Source of the DNA: Acidimicrobiia bacterium
Lineage (GTDB): Bacteria > Actinomycetota > Acidimicrobiia > Spongiisociales > ZC4RG35
Assembly (NCBI GenBank): GCA_036259475.1
Contig: DATABS010000021.1
Coordinates: 305-64,304, forward strand
Direction of reading: 5' to 3'
Length of the DNA stretch: 64,000 nt
The notes beneath the pieces were generated by a model, which did no database searches, was not told the DNA's origin, and saw only the letters and a program-made list of their open reading frames with translations. Both the position numbers and the translations under genes were made by a program. Below, one piece after another: positions 28,152-37,967 of the stretch; position 1 is the stretch's first letter; each line of letters starts with the position of its first letter.

Positions 28152-28442
28152 TCAGGCCTTGCGATCGTAGACGACGTCGAAGTCCTCGTACTTGGGTTCG
28201 CCGTCGATCATATCGGCCAGGCGCCGCGCCCAATCCTGTACCTCGGGGCGGTCGTTGCTCGCCTGGGCGTTGTCGCGTGAGTCGAAATCCGCCTGGATGG
28301 CATAGCGGCCCGGCTTGTCACGGAAACGAAGCAGCCGCAGGGCGGTGAGACCAGGCGGCAAGCCGGGCGAGTCGTCCCGCACGAGGTTGAGGAGGGCGTC
28401 TTCGTCCGTCGCATTGACGATGATGTGCTGGCTGAACTTCAC
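28152..28442 (-). CDS. Small alpha+beta barrel protein (Dabb/ABM-like), hypothetical
   Basis: GTG start with GGAGGT 7 nt upstream (the track's longer N-terminal extension is rejected). About 96 aa. Confidence 0.55.
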   Translation of the reverse strand: MKFSQHIIVNATDEDALLNLVRDDSPGLPPGLTALRLLRFRDKPGRYAIQADFDSRDNAQASNDRPEVQDWARRLADMIDGEPKYEDFDVVYDRKA

Positions 28443-28536
28443 AGCTGTTACCTCCGACTGGGGTGCGGACAACAGGCGCAGCCTACTGCCCACACTGTTA
28501 GGGCGTGCCCCACCCCGTTGCCGACCGGCCAGAGGT

Positions 28537-28974
28537 TCAGATGTCGCCGGAGTGGTTCCTCACCACCACCACATCACAACCCGCTCGATGGAGAACGCCG
28601 TGGCTGGTCGAGCCCAGGGCGAGCGAGAGAAAGGCGCCTTTTCCGCGGCTGCCGATGACTATCAGGTCGGCATCTACCTCTTTGGCGAAATCGGCGATGG
28701 CCGTCGGCGGATATCCCCGAGCGTCGTGGCGTACCCAATCGATCCCGGAGTCGTCGAGGACAGGGGAGGCGCCGCCCCACACAGCTTCGGCTTCAGCCTC
28801 AGCCAGCCTCCCGTCGTCCAGCTCATGGATCCCGGCCATCGAATAGGTCACCGTAGGCGGCTCGTACACATGGATGACCTGGAGAGATGCTCCCGCCTGA
28901 CGAGCCTGTCGAATCGCCCGGGCGAGGACAGAAGCCGTGGCCCCGGAGCTGTCGACGGCGGCAACGATGCTCAT
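28537..28974 (-). CDS. Universal stress protein (UspA family)
   Basis: MSIVAAVDSS...LIVIGSRGKGAFLSLALGSTSHGVLHRAGCDVVVV. AAGGGAG SD. ATG at 28974. Confidence 0.85.
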   Translation of the reverse strand: MSIVAAVDSSGATASVLARAIRQARQAGASLQVIHVYEPPTVTYSMAGIHELDDGRLAEAEAEAVWGGASPVLDDSGIDWVRHDARGYPPTAIADFAKEVDADLIVIGSRGKGAFLSLALGSTSHGVLHRAGCDVVVVRNHSGDI

Positions 28975-29165
28975 GGGCGCTCCCTTTGTCGAACGTTCCC
29001 CCAGCGTGGCGACAGTCGCGACGCTCGACCAGGGCCGGAAATCTCGATCGACCGCTGACGACGAGGCGCGATCCGGCCGAAACACCCTACTGGCAGGGGA
29101 GGGTCAATCCGGATAATGAGACTGAATGGCCCCAAGAAGGGCCATCCGGAAAGGAGGTGATCTTC

Positions 29166-29410
29166 GTGACAGCGCTTCGTGAGAGGCCTCTTGTGGAGGC
29201 CCGGCGGACTGGTTCCTCGGTGGTCTTGTCGAGGGCTGGTTCTTCGGCCTGTTCATCGCCGCCGGCCTGCTGCTCACGACTGCATTCGGGGTCTACGCCC
29301 GGAAGGCATTTGTCGATGCGTCGGATATGACGGTGGGGTCACCGTGGCGACGTTGCTCGCTGTGGCTGCCCTCGGTGGCGCCATTACATTCGCCCTCATC
29401 CTGATTCTCT
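29166..29410 (+). other. Candidate small membrane-protein gene with apparent double frameshift
   Basis: GGAAAGGAGGTGATCTTC-GTG is a near-perfect SD plus start. Hydrophobic helix 1 (GLVEGWFFGLFIAAGLLLTTAFGVY) lies in frame +1 relative to that GTG. Helix 2 (VTVATLLAVAALGGAITFALILIL*) is back in the original frame. A 12-bp-stem hairpin follows. Confidence 0.3.
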
Positions 29411-29421
29411 GACGTCGACGA

Positions 29422-29455
29422 CCAGGGCCGAGATCTCTCCAGGTCTCGGCCCTGG
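29422..29455 (+). terminator. Perfect 12-bp stem hairpin CCAGGGCCGAGA-N10-TCTCGGCCCTGG
   Basis: Seen directly, 12 nt after the stop of the small ORF. No U-tract, which is common in high-GC actinobacteria. Confidence 0.45.
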
Positions 29456-29508
29456 CGCGTCCCGGCTCTTCTCCACGTGTGTCGGCGGTTCTCTAATAGG
29501 GTGCAGGC

Positions 29509-29829
29509 ATGAATCACAACCGACGGCCATTGTCTGCGCTGAGCCTCACCTCCGCTCTGGTCCTCCTGGCGCTTTTGCTCACGGCCTGCGCTCCCGGCGC
29601 CAACCCCGAGGTCGGAGCGGCGGCCGCCGGGGGAGACGTGGCCGGTTTCTGGTTGGGTCTATGGCACGGGATCATCGCGCCGGTCACCTTCGTCATCTCG
29701 CTGTTCACCGACAATGTCAACCTCTACGAGGTGCACAACAACGGCAACTGGTACGACTTCGGTTTCGTGCTCGGCGCCGGGATCCTTCTCGGAGGGGGCG
29801 GGGCGGGAGCCAGGCGCCGGTCCGGCTGA
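29509..29829 (+). CDS. Small hypothetical lipoprotein/membrane protein
   Basis: Signal peptide with lipobox LLTACAP, then a hydrophobic helix and NGNWYDFGF. Confidence 0.5.
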   Translation: MNHNRRPLSALSLTSALVLLALLLTACAPGANPEVGAAAAGGDVAGFWLGLWHGIIAPVTFVISLFTDNVNLYEVHNNGNWYDFGFVLGAGILLGGGGAGARRRSG

Positions 29830-29856
29830 TAGGCCCGATCCCTGGAGTCTCTGAAG

Positions 29857-31734
29857 TCAGTCGGAGCGGGCCGCCAGCCGCGATCGCCGCAGCGCCTGGG
29901 CGAGGGAGTCGACGTCGAGGGCCCCCACATGACGACGTCCGTTGATGAAGAAGGTGGGGGTCCCTGAGGCGCCGCTGTTGTCGGCGCTGACCACATCCCT
30001 CTGCACCCGGAGCGCCTCCCGCCTCTGGGTGAGATCGTGGGCGAATCGATCTACGTCCAGCCCGATGTCGGCGGCGTAGCCCAGGAGGTCCTCGTATGAC
30101 AGAGCAGGGCTGTGGGCGAAGAGCTGATCGTGCATCTCCCAGAATCTGCCCTGGACGCCGGCCGCCTCGGCGGCCTCCGCCGCTTGCCGGGCCTGAGGAT
30201 GAACATGGTCGAGCGGCAGATGGCGGAACACGTACGTCAGCTCGTGACCGAATTCGTCGAGCAGTCGCCTGACGACGGTCTCGGCTCGACCGCAATGGGG
30301 GCATTCGTAGTCCCCGTATTCCACCATGATGAGCGGGGCGCCTGGCTCGCCCCTGATGTGGTCGACCTCTACATCGACCGGGTCACTCAGGTCGGAGAGC
30401 GGCGGGGCGGCGGGGCGAGCGCTGATGGAACCTCGACCCGTCAGGCCTCCGATCAATCGATAGACCAGCCACGCCAGGAGCGAGGCGATGATCGACGCCG
30501 CCAAGACCCCGACCTTGGCTTCCTCGAGGTCGGCGCCGGTGAAGGAGATGTCGGCGATGAGCAGAGACACGGTGAAGCCGATGCCGGCGACGCTCGCCAC
30601 GATCGTCGCCTCCGGAAGCGTGACCGCCAGGGGTATCCCGAATCGAGGTCGCGAGATCAGCCACGACACGCCTGCCACACCAACCAGCTTGCCCACTACC
30701 AGGCCCACGACGACGGCGATCGTGATCGTGGAGCCAACCGCCCGGCCGATCACGTCGCTGTTGAACTGGACCCCGGCGTTGGCCAGGGCGAAGAGGGGCA
30801 CGATCACGTAGCTCGACCAGGGGTGAAACAGGTGCTGGAGCCGCTCGTTGGGGGAGATCGCCATCGTCATCGAGCGGCTCGCCGAACGGGCGAAGCCGGG
30901 CGTCGGCTCTTCGCGAAAGAGGCGCCACATCGTTCCGGCCCTTGCCAGATCGTCGCTCGACGGGGGATATGCAGTGGCCAGCAGGCCGAGCGCCACGCCG
31001 GCGATAGTGGCGTGGATCCCGGCCATGAGGGTGGCCAGCCACACACCCAGACCGAGGATGAAATAGGGCACTCCGTGTCCCGCTCCCAGCCGGCGCAGGC
31101 CGGCAACCGCGGCGAGAAGGCCGCCCGCGACCACCAAGGGTCCAACGGACAGATCGTCGGTGTAGGCGACGGCGATCACGGTCAGGGCGACGGCGTCGTC
31201 GACGACCACCAAGGTCAGCAGGAAGGTCCTGACCCGAGGTGTGGCCGCCCCGATGAGGGTGAGAACTCCAAGGGCGAAGGCGGTGTCGGTGCCCATCACA
31301 ATCCCCCAGCCCCGCGCCGAGGCCTGTCCGGCATTGAATGCCAGATAGAGCACCGCCGGTACGACCATGCCCCCCAGGGCGGCGAAGACGGGAGCTGCCA
31401 GGCGGCGCCGCTCCCGCAGCTCGCCCATGTCGAATTCGCGCCGGATCTCCAAGCCGGCCACGAAGAAGAAGAAGGCCATCAGCCCCTCGTTCACCCAGTG
31501 GCGCAGATCCATCGCCAACTCCGCCTGCCCCAACTGCAAGCTCAGGTCCGTCGTCCACAGCCGGTCGTATGCCCCCGACCAGGGAGAGTTGGCCCACACG
31601 AGGGCCGTGACTGTCGCCACGACCATCGCCACTGCGCTCGCGTTCTCGGTGGCAACGTATTCGCGGAACGCCTCCAGCGCCCGAGGTCTTCTCGGCGTGG
31701 TGTCGGGCTGATGGGGCGGAGAGCTGATGGTCAT
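29857..31734 (-). CDS. nhaA: Na+/H+ antiporter NhaA fused to a C-terminal DsbA-like thioredoxin domain
   Basis: NhaA helices (FFFFVAGLEIRRE, ALANAG) followed by ~200 aa with CPHC and DsbA-like wording. ATG at ~31734 with an AGAGG SD. Confidence 0.85.
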   Translation of the reverse strand: MTISSPPHQPDTTPRRPRALEAFREYVATENASAVAMVVATVTALVWANSPWSGAYDRLWTTDLSLQLGQAELAMDLRHWVNEGLMAFFFFVAGLEIRREFDMGELRERRRLAAPVFAALGGMVVPAVLYLAFNAGQASARGWGIVMGTDTAFALGVLTLIGAATPRVRTFLLTLVVVDDAVALTVIAVAYTDDLSVGPLVVAGGLLAAVAGLRRLGAGHGVPYFILGLGVWLATLMAGIHATIAGVALGLLATAYPPSSDDLARAGTMWRLFREEPTPGFARSASRSMTMAISPNERLQHLFHPWSSYVIVPLFALANAGVQFNSDVIGRAVGSTITIAVVVGLVVGKLVGVAGVSWLISRPRFGIPLAVTLPEATIVASVAGIGFTVSLLIADISFTGADLEEAKVGVLAASIIASLLAWLVYRLIGGLTGRGSISARPAAPPLSDLSDPVDVEVDHIRGEPGAPLIMVEYGDYECPHCGRAETVVRRLLDEFGHELTYVFRHLPLDHVHPQARQAAEAAEAAGVQGRFWEMHDQLFAHSPALSYEDLLGYAADIGLDVDRFAHDLTQRREALRVQRDVVSADNSGASGTPTFFINGRRHVGALDVDSLAQALRRSRLAARSD

Positions 31735-31817
31735 GTGCCTCTGGAGAACGCCACAAGGTACCAAATGGTGATAGCGTCGGTTCAGAGCGCCGCTCCCCGA
31801 GAAGGGACCACCGACTG

Positions 31818-32390
31818 ATGGACACGCTCGAATCTGACACGTTGGCCACCACGGCCCGTAACTGGTGGGGATTCGTGGTGCGGGGGGTGCTGGCCATCAT
31901 GTTCGGCTTGGCCGCCCTCATCTGGCCCGACGTCACTCTCGTGGTGTTGGTGGCGTTGTTCGGCGCCTACGCGCTGATCGAGGGCATCTTCGCAGTGGTT
32001 TTCGGTTTCAGCGGGCGAGATAACGTGCGCTGGTGGACGGTGCTGTGGGGGTTGGTGTCGGTAGCCGCCGGGGTCATCGTATTCCTGTGGCCGGGGATCG
32101 GGGCGCTGGCCCTGATCTATGTCATCGCGGCGTGGGCAGTCGTGACGGGCGCCACCGAGATCGCCGCCGCCATCGCCCTTCGCAAGGAGATCACCAACGA
32201 GTGGGCCCTGGTGCTGGCAGGCATCGTGTCGATCGTGGTCGGCGGGATCCTCGCCATCTTCCCCGGCGCCGGGGCGATCTCCCTCGTGTGGTTGATCGGC
32301 GCCTACGCCATCGTGTTCGGCATCCTGCTCCTGGTTGTGGGGTTCCGGGTCCGTGAGTGGCGCGCCACTCCGGCTTCGCCGGCAGCCTGA
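31818..32390 (+). CDS. HdeD family acid-resistance membrane protein (DUF308)
   Basis: Repeated GxxxLxxGxxxI/V helices, 6 TM, 190 aa. Confidence 0.8.
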   Translation: MDTLESDTLATTARNWWGFVVRGVLAIMFGLAALIWPDVTLVVLVALFGAYALIEGIFAVVFGFSGRDNVRWWTVLWGLVSVAAGVIVFLWPGIGALALIYVIAAWAVVTGATEIAAAIALRKEITNEWALVLAGIVSIVVGGILAIFPGAGAISLVWLIGAYAIVFGILLLVVGFRVREWRATPASPAA

Positions 32391-32501
32391 CCGACTGGCT
32401 GCTCTGCACCGCCCTGGCGAGCCTGGTGCGGTGGGCGGTCGGGCTGAAGAAGCTGACCCAGCGCCGCTGAGCCGATGCCAGTTGTCCCGGCCGTTCCGTT
32501 C

Positions 32502-33761
32502 TCAGGCCGGCAGGCGTCTCAAATGCACCCGGGTGATTGCCCGGTCATCGACGGCCAGCACTTTCGCCTCCCACTGGCCGACGCGGACCCGGTCGCCAGG
32601 CTCGTCGGGGATGCGTCCGAGCTGGTCGAGGACCAATCCGGCAACGGTGGTGTAATCGCCCGTCGGCAAATCGACGCCGACGTCGACGAGGTCGTGGATC
32701 GGGAAGCTCCCCGGCACCTCGAGAGTGCCGTCGGCCTTCGTCGTCACCTGGAGCACGTCGCGGTCGGACTCGTCGTAGATCTCGCCCACCAACTCCTCCA
32801 GCAGGTCCTCGATGGTGACGATGCCCTCGCTGCTGCCGTGCTCGCTGATCACTATCGCCAGGTGCTGGCGACCGTGGCGCATCTCCCGCAGGGCGTCGAG
32901 CGCATCGACGGTTTCGGGAAAGACGAGGGGAGGTGTGGCGACCTCGGTCAATCGGGCCGACCGGCCGATCAGGTCCCGGAGGTGCACCACTCCGACCACT
33001 CGATCGAGCTCCCCCTCGGTCGCCACCGGGGCTCGGGAGTAGCCGGCTGCCATCAGCGCTTCCAGTGCTTCTTCGGTCCTCATCTCCTCGTCCAGGACGA
33101 CTACCTGCCGACGGGGCCGCAGGATCTGGCGAAGGGATCGCTTGGAGATGTCGAAGGCCCCGGAGATGATCACCCGCTGATCGGGGCCGAAAGACGCCAC
33201 GCCGGCGGCCAGATCCCGGACTTCTTCCTCGGTGACGTCCTGGCCCCTCCGAGCGGGGTCGCCGCCGAGGAGGCGGACGACCAGATCGGCGGACTCGGAA
33301 AGGACCCACACGATCGGCTTGGTGATGGTCGCCACGAACGCCAGCGGCCGGGCGACGAGGAGGCCCCAGCCCTCCGCCCGCTGCATCGCCAGTCGTTTCG
33401 GCGCCAGCTCGCCGATGACGAGTGTCACGTAAGCGATGATCAAGGTCACTACGACGATCGAGACCGGACGTGCCCCCTCCCCCAGAAAAGTCAGCGTGTC
33501 CGCCAGAGGCTGGGCCAATGTCACCGCCGCCGAGGCGGAGGCGAAGAATCCGGAAAGGGTGATCACGATCTGGATCGTCGCCAGAAATCGGTTCGGGTCC
33601 CGGGCGAGCCCGGCCAGGACCTCACCGGCACGTCCGCGTTGCTCCAGATTGCGGACCTGGCCCTCCCGGAGCGACACCAGCGCCATCTCGGCGCCGGCAA
33701 AGACGGCGTTGAGCAGAATCAGGAGAGCAACCAGAGCCAACTGCGGCCAGAGTTCATTCAC
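32502..33761 (-). CDS. CNNM/CorC-HlyC family protein (DUF21 - CBS pair - CorC_HlyC), hemolysin-family
   Basis: N-terminal DUF21 TM domain, tandem CBS domains and a C-terminal CorC_HlyC domain (GDYTTVAGLVLDQLGRIPDEPGDRV). Confidence 0.85.
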   Translation of the reverse strand: MNELWPQLALVALLILLNAVFAGAEMALVSLREGQVRNLEQRGRAGEVLAGLARDPNRFLATIQIVITLSGFFASASAAVTLAQPLADTLTFLGEGARPVSIVVVTLIIAYVTLVIGELAPKRLAMQRAEGWGLLVARPLAFVATITKPIVWVLSESADLVVRLLGGDPARRGQDVTEEEVRDLAAGVASFGPDQRVIISGAFDISKRSLRQILRPRRQVVVLDEEMRTEEALEALMAAGYSRAPVATEGELDRVVGVVHLRDLIGRSARLTEVATPPLVFPETVDALDALREMRHGRQHLAIVISEHGSSEGIVTIEDLLEELVGEIYDESDRDVLQVTTKADGTLEVPGSFPIHDLVDVGVDLPTGDYTTVAGLVLDQLGRIPDEPGDRVRVGQWEAKVLAVDDRAITRVHLRRLPA

Positions 33762-33962
33762 GGGAGCTCCTCGTCGAGCGGTTCGTCTCCGACACGGTGG
33801 TACCTACCTCGCCGGCCCGCCAAACCACCGGCATCGAACCCGTAAGGGCGGGGTCGACGTATTGGAGGCATGGAACGCACGGTCCATGTCCGGGCGCGTA
33901 GCGGAGTACCGCTCCCCGCTCGTTACCCTCCCGGGGTGGGTCATCGGGCACGGATTCGGCTC

Positions 33963-35600
33963 ATGTTGGTGATCGCCGTAGTCGTGGCCACCCCCTTGGC
34001 GGCCTCGGCGCACGCCACGCTTGTCGAGACCGACCCGGCGAACGGGTCGCAGCTCGAGCAACCACCGGCACAGGCCACCGTGACATTCAGCGAGCCCGTC
34101 GACGCCCCGGCGGCCGCCATCCGGGTCTTCGACAGCACCGGGGCGCGTCTCGACGCCGGCGATTCGAGTCAGGGCCCATCGCCCGAGCAGGTCAGCGTCA
34201 CCCTGCCCTCGGAGCTGGGACCGGATACCTACGTCGTGACATGGGGGGTGGTGTCCCTCGACGGGCATCCCATCCGGGGAGCGTTCACCTTCCAGGTCGG
34301 GAGCGGCGCGGCGGCGGACGACTCCCTCATCGCCTCGCTCCTCGGCCGGCGAAGCGGCGGCATGTTGTCCGTCGCCGGTGCGGCGGCACGCTGGGTGACC
34401 TACCTGGCTGGGTTGACGGCGGCCGGCGCTGCGCTGTTCTCCTGGTACGTTGCCCGCCGCCGGCTGATCCCACCGTCGGTCGGCCGCTTGATCCCGGTCG
34501 CCGCCCTGACGGCAATGGCGGCATCCGTCCTCCAGATTCCCCTCTTCGCCGGCGAGTTGAGCGGCGGGGTGATCAGCATGGAGGCGCTCGGGGAGGCGGT
34601 CACCTCCCCGGTCGGCGTGTCAGGTGCCGTCCGGGTGGTCGGTTTGCTGCTCATCGCCGTGGCTGTCACGCGGCAGCTCACGGCGGGGTGGTTGTGGCCG
34701 GGAGTCGCCGGCCTGGTGGCGGCGGAACTGCTTGCCGGACACACCCTGACCACCCAACCGATCTGGCTCGTGCTCGGCGCCGACGCCGTCCATGTGCTCG
34801 GGTCAGCCGTGTGGGTGGGCGGTCTGGCCGCCCTCTTCCTCGTCCTGCGGCGCGGCCGCGACGCCGAGACTGCGGCGGGATGGATATCACACTTTTCGAC
34901 GATGGCGGTGTGGTCGGTTCTCGCTCTCGGTGCCGCCGGGCTGGTCCTCGCCTCGGCGGAGGTGAGAACGGTCGGGGCCCTCACATCCACGACGTACGGC
35001 TGGACACTGGTCGCCAAGGTCGGTCTCGCCGCGGCGGTGATAGCGGCCGGCGCCTACAACAACCGGCTTCTGGTACCTGCCATCCGGCGGGCGGCGGATG
35101 AATCCATGCCCTCGGGCGAGTCAGCGGTGGCGACCCTGACCAGGCCTCGAACCGCTGCCTGGTCGAAGCTGAGACGGAACGTGGGGCTGGAGGTGATCGG
35201 CATTGCGGTGATCCTGGCGGTCACGGCCGTGCTGGTGAACCTGGAGCCGGCCGCAGAGGCGGCCGGAGTGACGGCGCCGTTCTCGACCTACGTCGATTTG
35301 GGTGACGGTCAGTTGAACCTGGTTGTCGATCCGAACAAGGCGGGGACCAATCAGATTCATGCCTACGTGCTGACCGCCGCCGGGTCGCCTTCGCCGGCCG
35401 AGGGCGAAGCCGTGATGGAGTTCAGTCTTCCTTCCCGCGAAATCGGGCCGTTCGTGGTGGAACCACTGAGAGCCGGTCCCGGCCACTGGATCCATTCCGG
35501 TCCGGAGTTGGCGATACCAGGCAACTGGGAGGTCAAGTTCACGCTCGGGTCGGGTTTCGGGGAATCGGTCGCAACGACCACAGTTGGGGTCACGCCATGA
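33963..35600 (+). CDS. Copper resistance CopC-CopD fusion protein
   Basis: Signal peptide plus HATLVETDPANGSQL is the CopC beta-barrel start (H1 Cu site). It is followed by ~8 TM CopD helices and a C-terminal YtkA-like beta domain. ATG at 33963. Confidence 0.8.
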   Translation: MLVIAVVVATPLAASAHATLVETDPANGSQLEQPPAQATVTFSEPVDAPAAAIRVFDSTGARLDAGDSSQGPSPEQVSVTLPSELGPDTYVVTWGVVSLDGHPIRGAFTFQVGSGAAADDSLIASLLGRRSGGMLSVAGAAARWVTYLAGLTAAGAALFSWYVARRRLIPPSVGRLIPVAALTAMAASVLQIPLFAGELSGGVISMEALGEAVTSPVGVSGAVRVVGLLLIAVAVTRQLTAGWLWPGVAGLVAAELLAGHTLTTQPIWLVLGADAVHVLGSAVWVGGLAALFLVLRRGRDAETAAGWISHFSTMAVWSVLALGAAGLVLASAEVRTVGALTSTTYGWTLVAKVGLAAAVIAAGAYNNRLLVPAIRRAADESMPSGESAVATLTRPRTAAWSKLRRNVGLEVIGIAVILAVTAVLVNLEPAAEAAGVTAPFSTYVDLGDGQLNLVVDPNKAGTNQIHAYVLTAAGSPSPAEGEAVMEFSLPSREIGPFVVEPLRAGPGHWIHSGPELAIPGNWEVKFTLGSGFGESVATTTVGVTP

Positions 35601-36142
35601 GATTCCGCACCACCACCGTGGCCGTGCTCGCTCTCTCCACCGTGGGGCTCGTTGCCATGCCGACCGCCGCTCACGTCACTGTCTCCACCGACAACCCGGA
35701 ACCGGGCGGGTTCGCCGTCTATACCGTCCGGGTCCCCAACGAGTCCGACAGCGCTTCCACGGTCAGGGTCGAAGTCCAGATCCCCGATGGGTTGGAGGCG
35801 AGCCGCTATCAAGCGACGACCGAATGGACGATGTCCATCGAGGACGGGGTCTTCGTGGCGGAGGGTGGCGTGATCGCGCCGGGTGAGTTCCAGGATTTCC
35901 GCTTCCAGGGGCGCAACCCGGAGGAGGCACGAGATCTGACATTCCCTGCTCTCCAGACGTACGACGACGGGGAGACGGTGCGCTGGACGGGCGAAGCCGG
36001 CAGCGACACTCCGGCCTCAGTCGTCTCACTGGGGAGCGACGACAATGGAGGTACCGGAGATACCTTGTCACTCGTCGCCCTCGTCGCAGCGGGGATCGCC
36101 GTCGTTCTGAGCGGGCTGGCACTAGCCCGCAGGAGCCGATGA
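35597..36142 (+). CDS. YcnI-like (DUF1775) copper-binding protein with a C-terminal TM anchor
   Basis: Signal peptide and HVTVSTDNPEPGGFAVYTVRVPNES. Overlaps the CopCD stop by 4 nt. Confidence 0.75.
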   Translation: MRFRTTTVAVLALSTVGLVAMPTAAHVTVSTDNPEPGGFAVYTVRVPNESDSASTVRVEVQIPDGLEASRYQATTEWTMSIEDGVFVAEGGVIAPGEFQDFRFQGRNPEEARDLTFPALQTYDDGETVRWTGEAGSDTPASVVSLGSDDNGGTGDTLSLVALVAAGIAVVLSGLALARRSR

Positions 36143-37110
36143 GGCGATTCGCCTGGCTCATCCTGGCGGTCGTCGTCATGGTGGTGGCGTCCCCCGGGCC
36201 CGCTCGAGCCGACTCGGCCCAGCCGACCAATTACCGGTCGGAGGTCGCGGATCTGCGGCCACCTCATCCCGGAGTCTCGTTCCGGATCGCCGGCGGTGAC
36301 ACCTTTCTGACCGTCAGCGTACGCCCCGGCACCGAGGTGGAGATTCCGGGGTACGAGGGTGAGCCATACGTTCGGATCGGGTCCCAGGGTGTCGTCGAAG
36401 TGAACCGGAACTCTCCGTCGAAATGGGTCAACGAGGACCGCTTCGCCCGCACCGGGATCCCGGCCCACGCCTCGGCAGACGCTCCTCCCGACTGGGAGAC
36501 CGTCGCATCTGACGGGAGCTACGGCTGGCACGACCATCGCATTCACTGGATGTCACCCGAGCCTCCGCCGGCGGTCGATCGGACCAGCCGGGCTACGGTG
36601 TTCAGCTGGGTCGTTCCAGTGTTGGTCGACGGCGACCGCGTCGACGTCCTGGGCACCCTCGAATGGCTACCGTCCGTTTCACCGGTTCCCTGGCTGCTGA
36701 TTCTGGTGGCAGTGGCGGCTTTGTCCTATCTCGCCGACCGAAGGGGATGGACGCTCCTCGTCGGCGCCGCAGTCGCCTCGACCGTCGGTGTGGCGCAGGC
36801 GTGGGGGTCGCCGCTCGGAATCTGGTCGGAGTACCTGGCGTGGGCTCCACCCACCCTGGGACTCGTGCTCACAGGCGCCGGGTTGGCCGTCAAGTCGTGG
36901 CGGGAGCGCCTGGCCGTGGCGGCGGTAGTGGTAGGGGTGTGGGCTGCCCTCCGGCTACCCAGCCTCTGGTTGCCAGTTCTCCCCAGCCCGCTTCCCGCCG
37001 ACGTCGAGCGGGCGGCCGTGGCCATGGCGGCCGGCGCCGCCGCCGCCACCATCGTCGCAGCCCTCCGTCAGCCCCTCATCGGGCGCCGGATGAGCGAACC
37101 GGGAGGCTGA
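36139..37110 (+). CDS. Hypothetical secreted/membrane protein, third gene of the copCD-ycnI operon
   Basis: Signal peptide, then 3-4 C-terminal TM helices. Overlaps the ycnI stop (ATGA). Confidence 0.55.
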   Translation: MRRFAWLILAVVVMVVASPGPARADSAQPTNYRSEVADLRPPHPGVSFRIAGGDTFLTVSVRPGTEVEIPGYEGEPYVRIGSQGVVEVNRNSPSKWVNEDRFARTGIPAHASADAPPDWETVASDGSYGWHDHRIHWMSPEPPPAVDRTSRATVFSWVVPVLVDGDRVDVLGTLEWLPSVSPVPWLLILVAVAALSYLADRRGWTLLVGAAVASTVGVAQAWGSPLGIWSEYLAWAPPTLGLVLTGAGLAVKSWRERLAVAAVVVGVWAALRLPSLWLPVLPSPLPADVERAAVAMAAGAAAATIVAALRQPLIGRRMSEPGG

Positions 37111-37111
37111 C

Positions 37112-37867
37112 CTATTGAGCGGTGTACGCCCCGTCGACCACGTAGTACCCGCCCGTGCAGAACGACGCGTCGTCGGAGCACAGGAACGCCACCAGACTGG
37201 CGACTTCCTCCGACGTCCCCAGGCGCCCGATGGGATGCAACGACGTGACCACCTTCGTCGCCTCGTCGTCGAGGGATTCCTCGATGAGCGGAGTCTTGAT
37301 GAATCCCGGCCCGATCGAGTTGACCCGGATTCCCTGGTTCGAATACTCCAGGGCAGCGGACTTGGTCATTCCGACGACGCCGTGCTTGGCCGCGACGTAG
37401 GCGACCGACTGGGCGAAGCCCACGCTGCCCAAGATCGATGCCATGTTGACGATGGACCCGCCGCCAGAATCCAGCATGGCGGGGATCTCATACCGCAAGC
37501 CATAGAAGACGCCGCTCAGGTTGATGTCGATGACCTTCTGCCACCCGTCGAGCGGGTACTCGCCGGTGGGGCCTTGTGGCCCTCCGATCCCGGCGTTGTT
37601 GACGGCGAGGTGAAGCCCGCCGTAATCGTCGACCGCCTTTGCGACTGCCCGTTCCATCTGGTCGGGTTGGGACACATCGACGGCGGTGAACGAAACCGCT
37701 CCCTCCGATCCGATGCCGGCGGCCACCTTTTCACCGAGGTCGGCGTCGTAGTCGGCGATCACCACCTTCGCTCCCGCCTCGGCCAGGAGCCGGGCACAGG
37801 CTTCCCCGATGCCGGACGCCCCTCCGGTCACCACGGCGACCTTGCCACTGAAGTCGTACCGTGTCAT
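37112..37867 (-). CDS. SDR family oxidoreductase (classical short-chain dehydrogenase)
   Basis: TGGASGIGEA Rossmann motif, NNAG and the YVAAK catalytic motif. ATG at 37867 with an AGGAAGGGA SD. Confidence 0.85.
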   Translation of the reverse strand: MTRYDFSGKVAVVTGGASGIGEACARLLAEAGAKVVIADYDADLGEKVAAGIGSEGAVSFTAVDVSQPDQMERAVAKAVDDYGGLHLAVNNAGIGGPQGPTGEYPLDGWQKVIDINLSGVFYGLRYEIPAMLDSGGGSIVNMASILGSVGFAQSVAYVAAKHGVVGMTKSAALEYSNQGIRVNSIGPGFIKTPLIEESLDDEATKVVTSLHPIGRLGTSEEVASLVAFLCSDDASFCTGGYYVVDGAYTAQ

Positions 37868-37967
37868 TGCGTCCCTTCCTCTGCCTAGGAGCCGGGTATA
37901 CCCTCGGAGCACAGGTTCAATCGGTCTCCCGGGTAGGCGGTTCGAAGTAGACCCGACCGGGTAAGGC

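Noticed and set aside
30112-31936. 568-aa plus-strand and 517-aa minus-strand ORFs over nhaA
   Set aside because: Off-frame or antisense to the NhaA-DsbA gene, with implausible composition.
32475-33845. 456-aa plus-strand ORF over the CNNM/CorC gene
   Set aside because: Antisense artefact.
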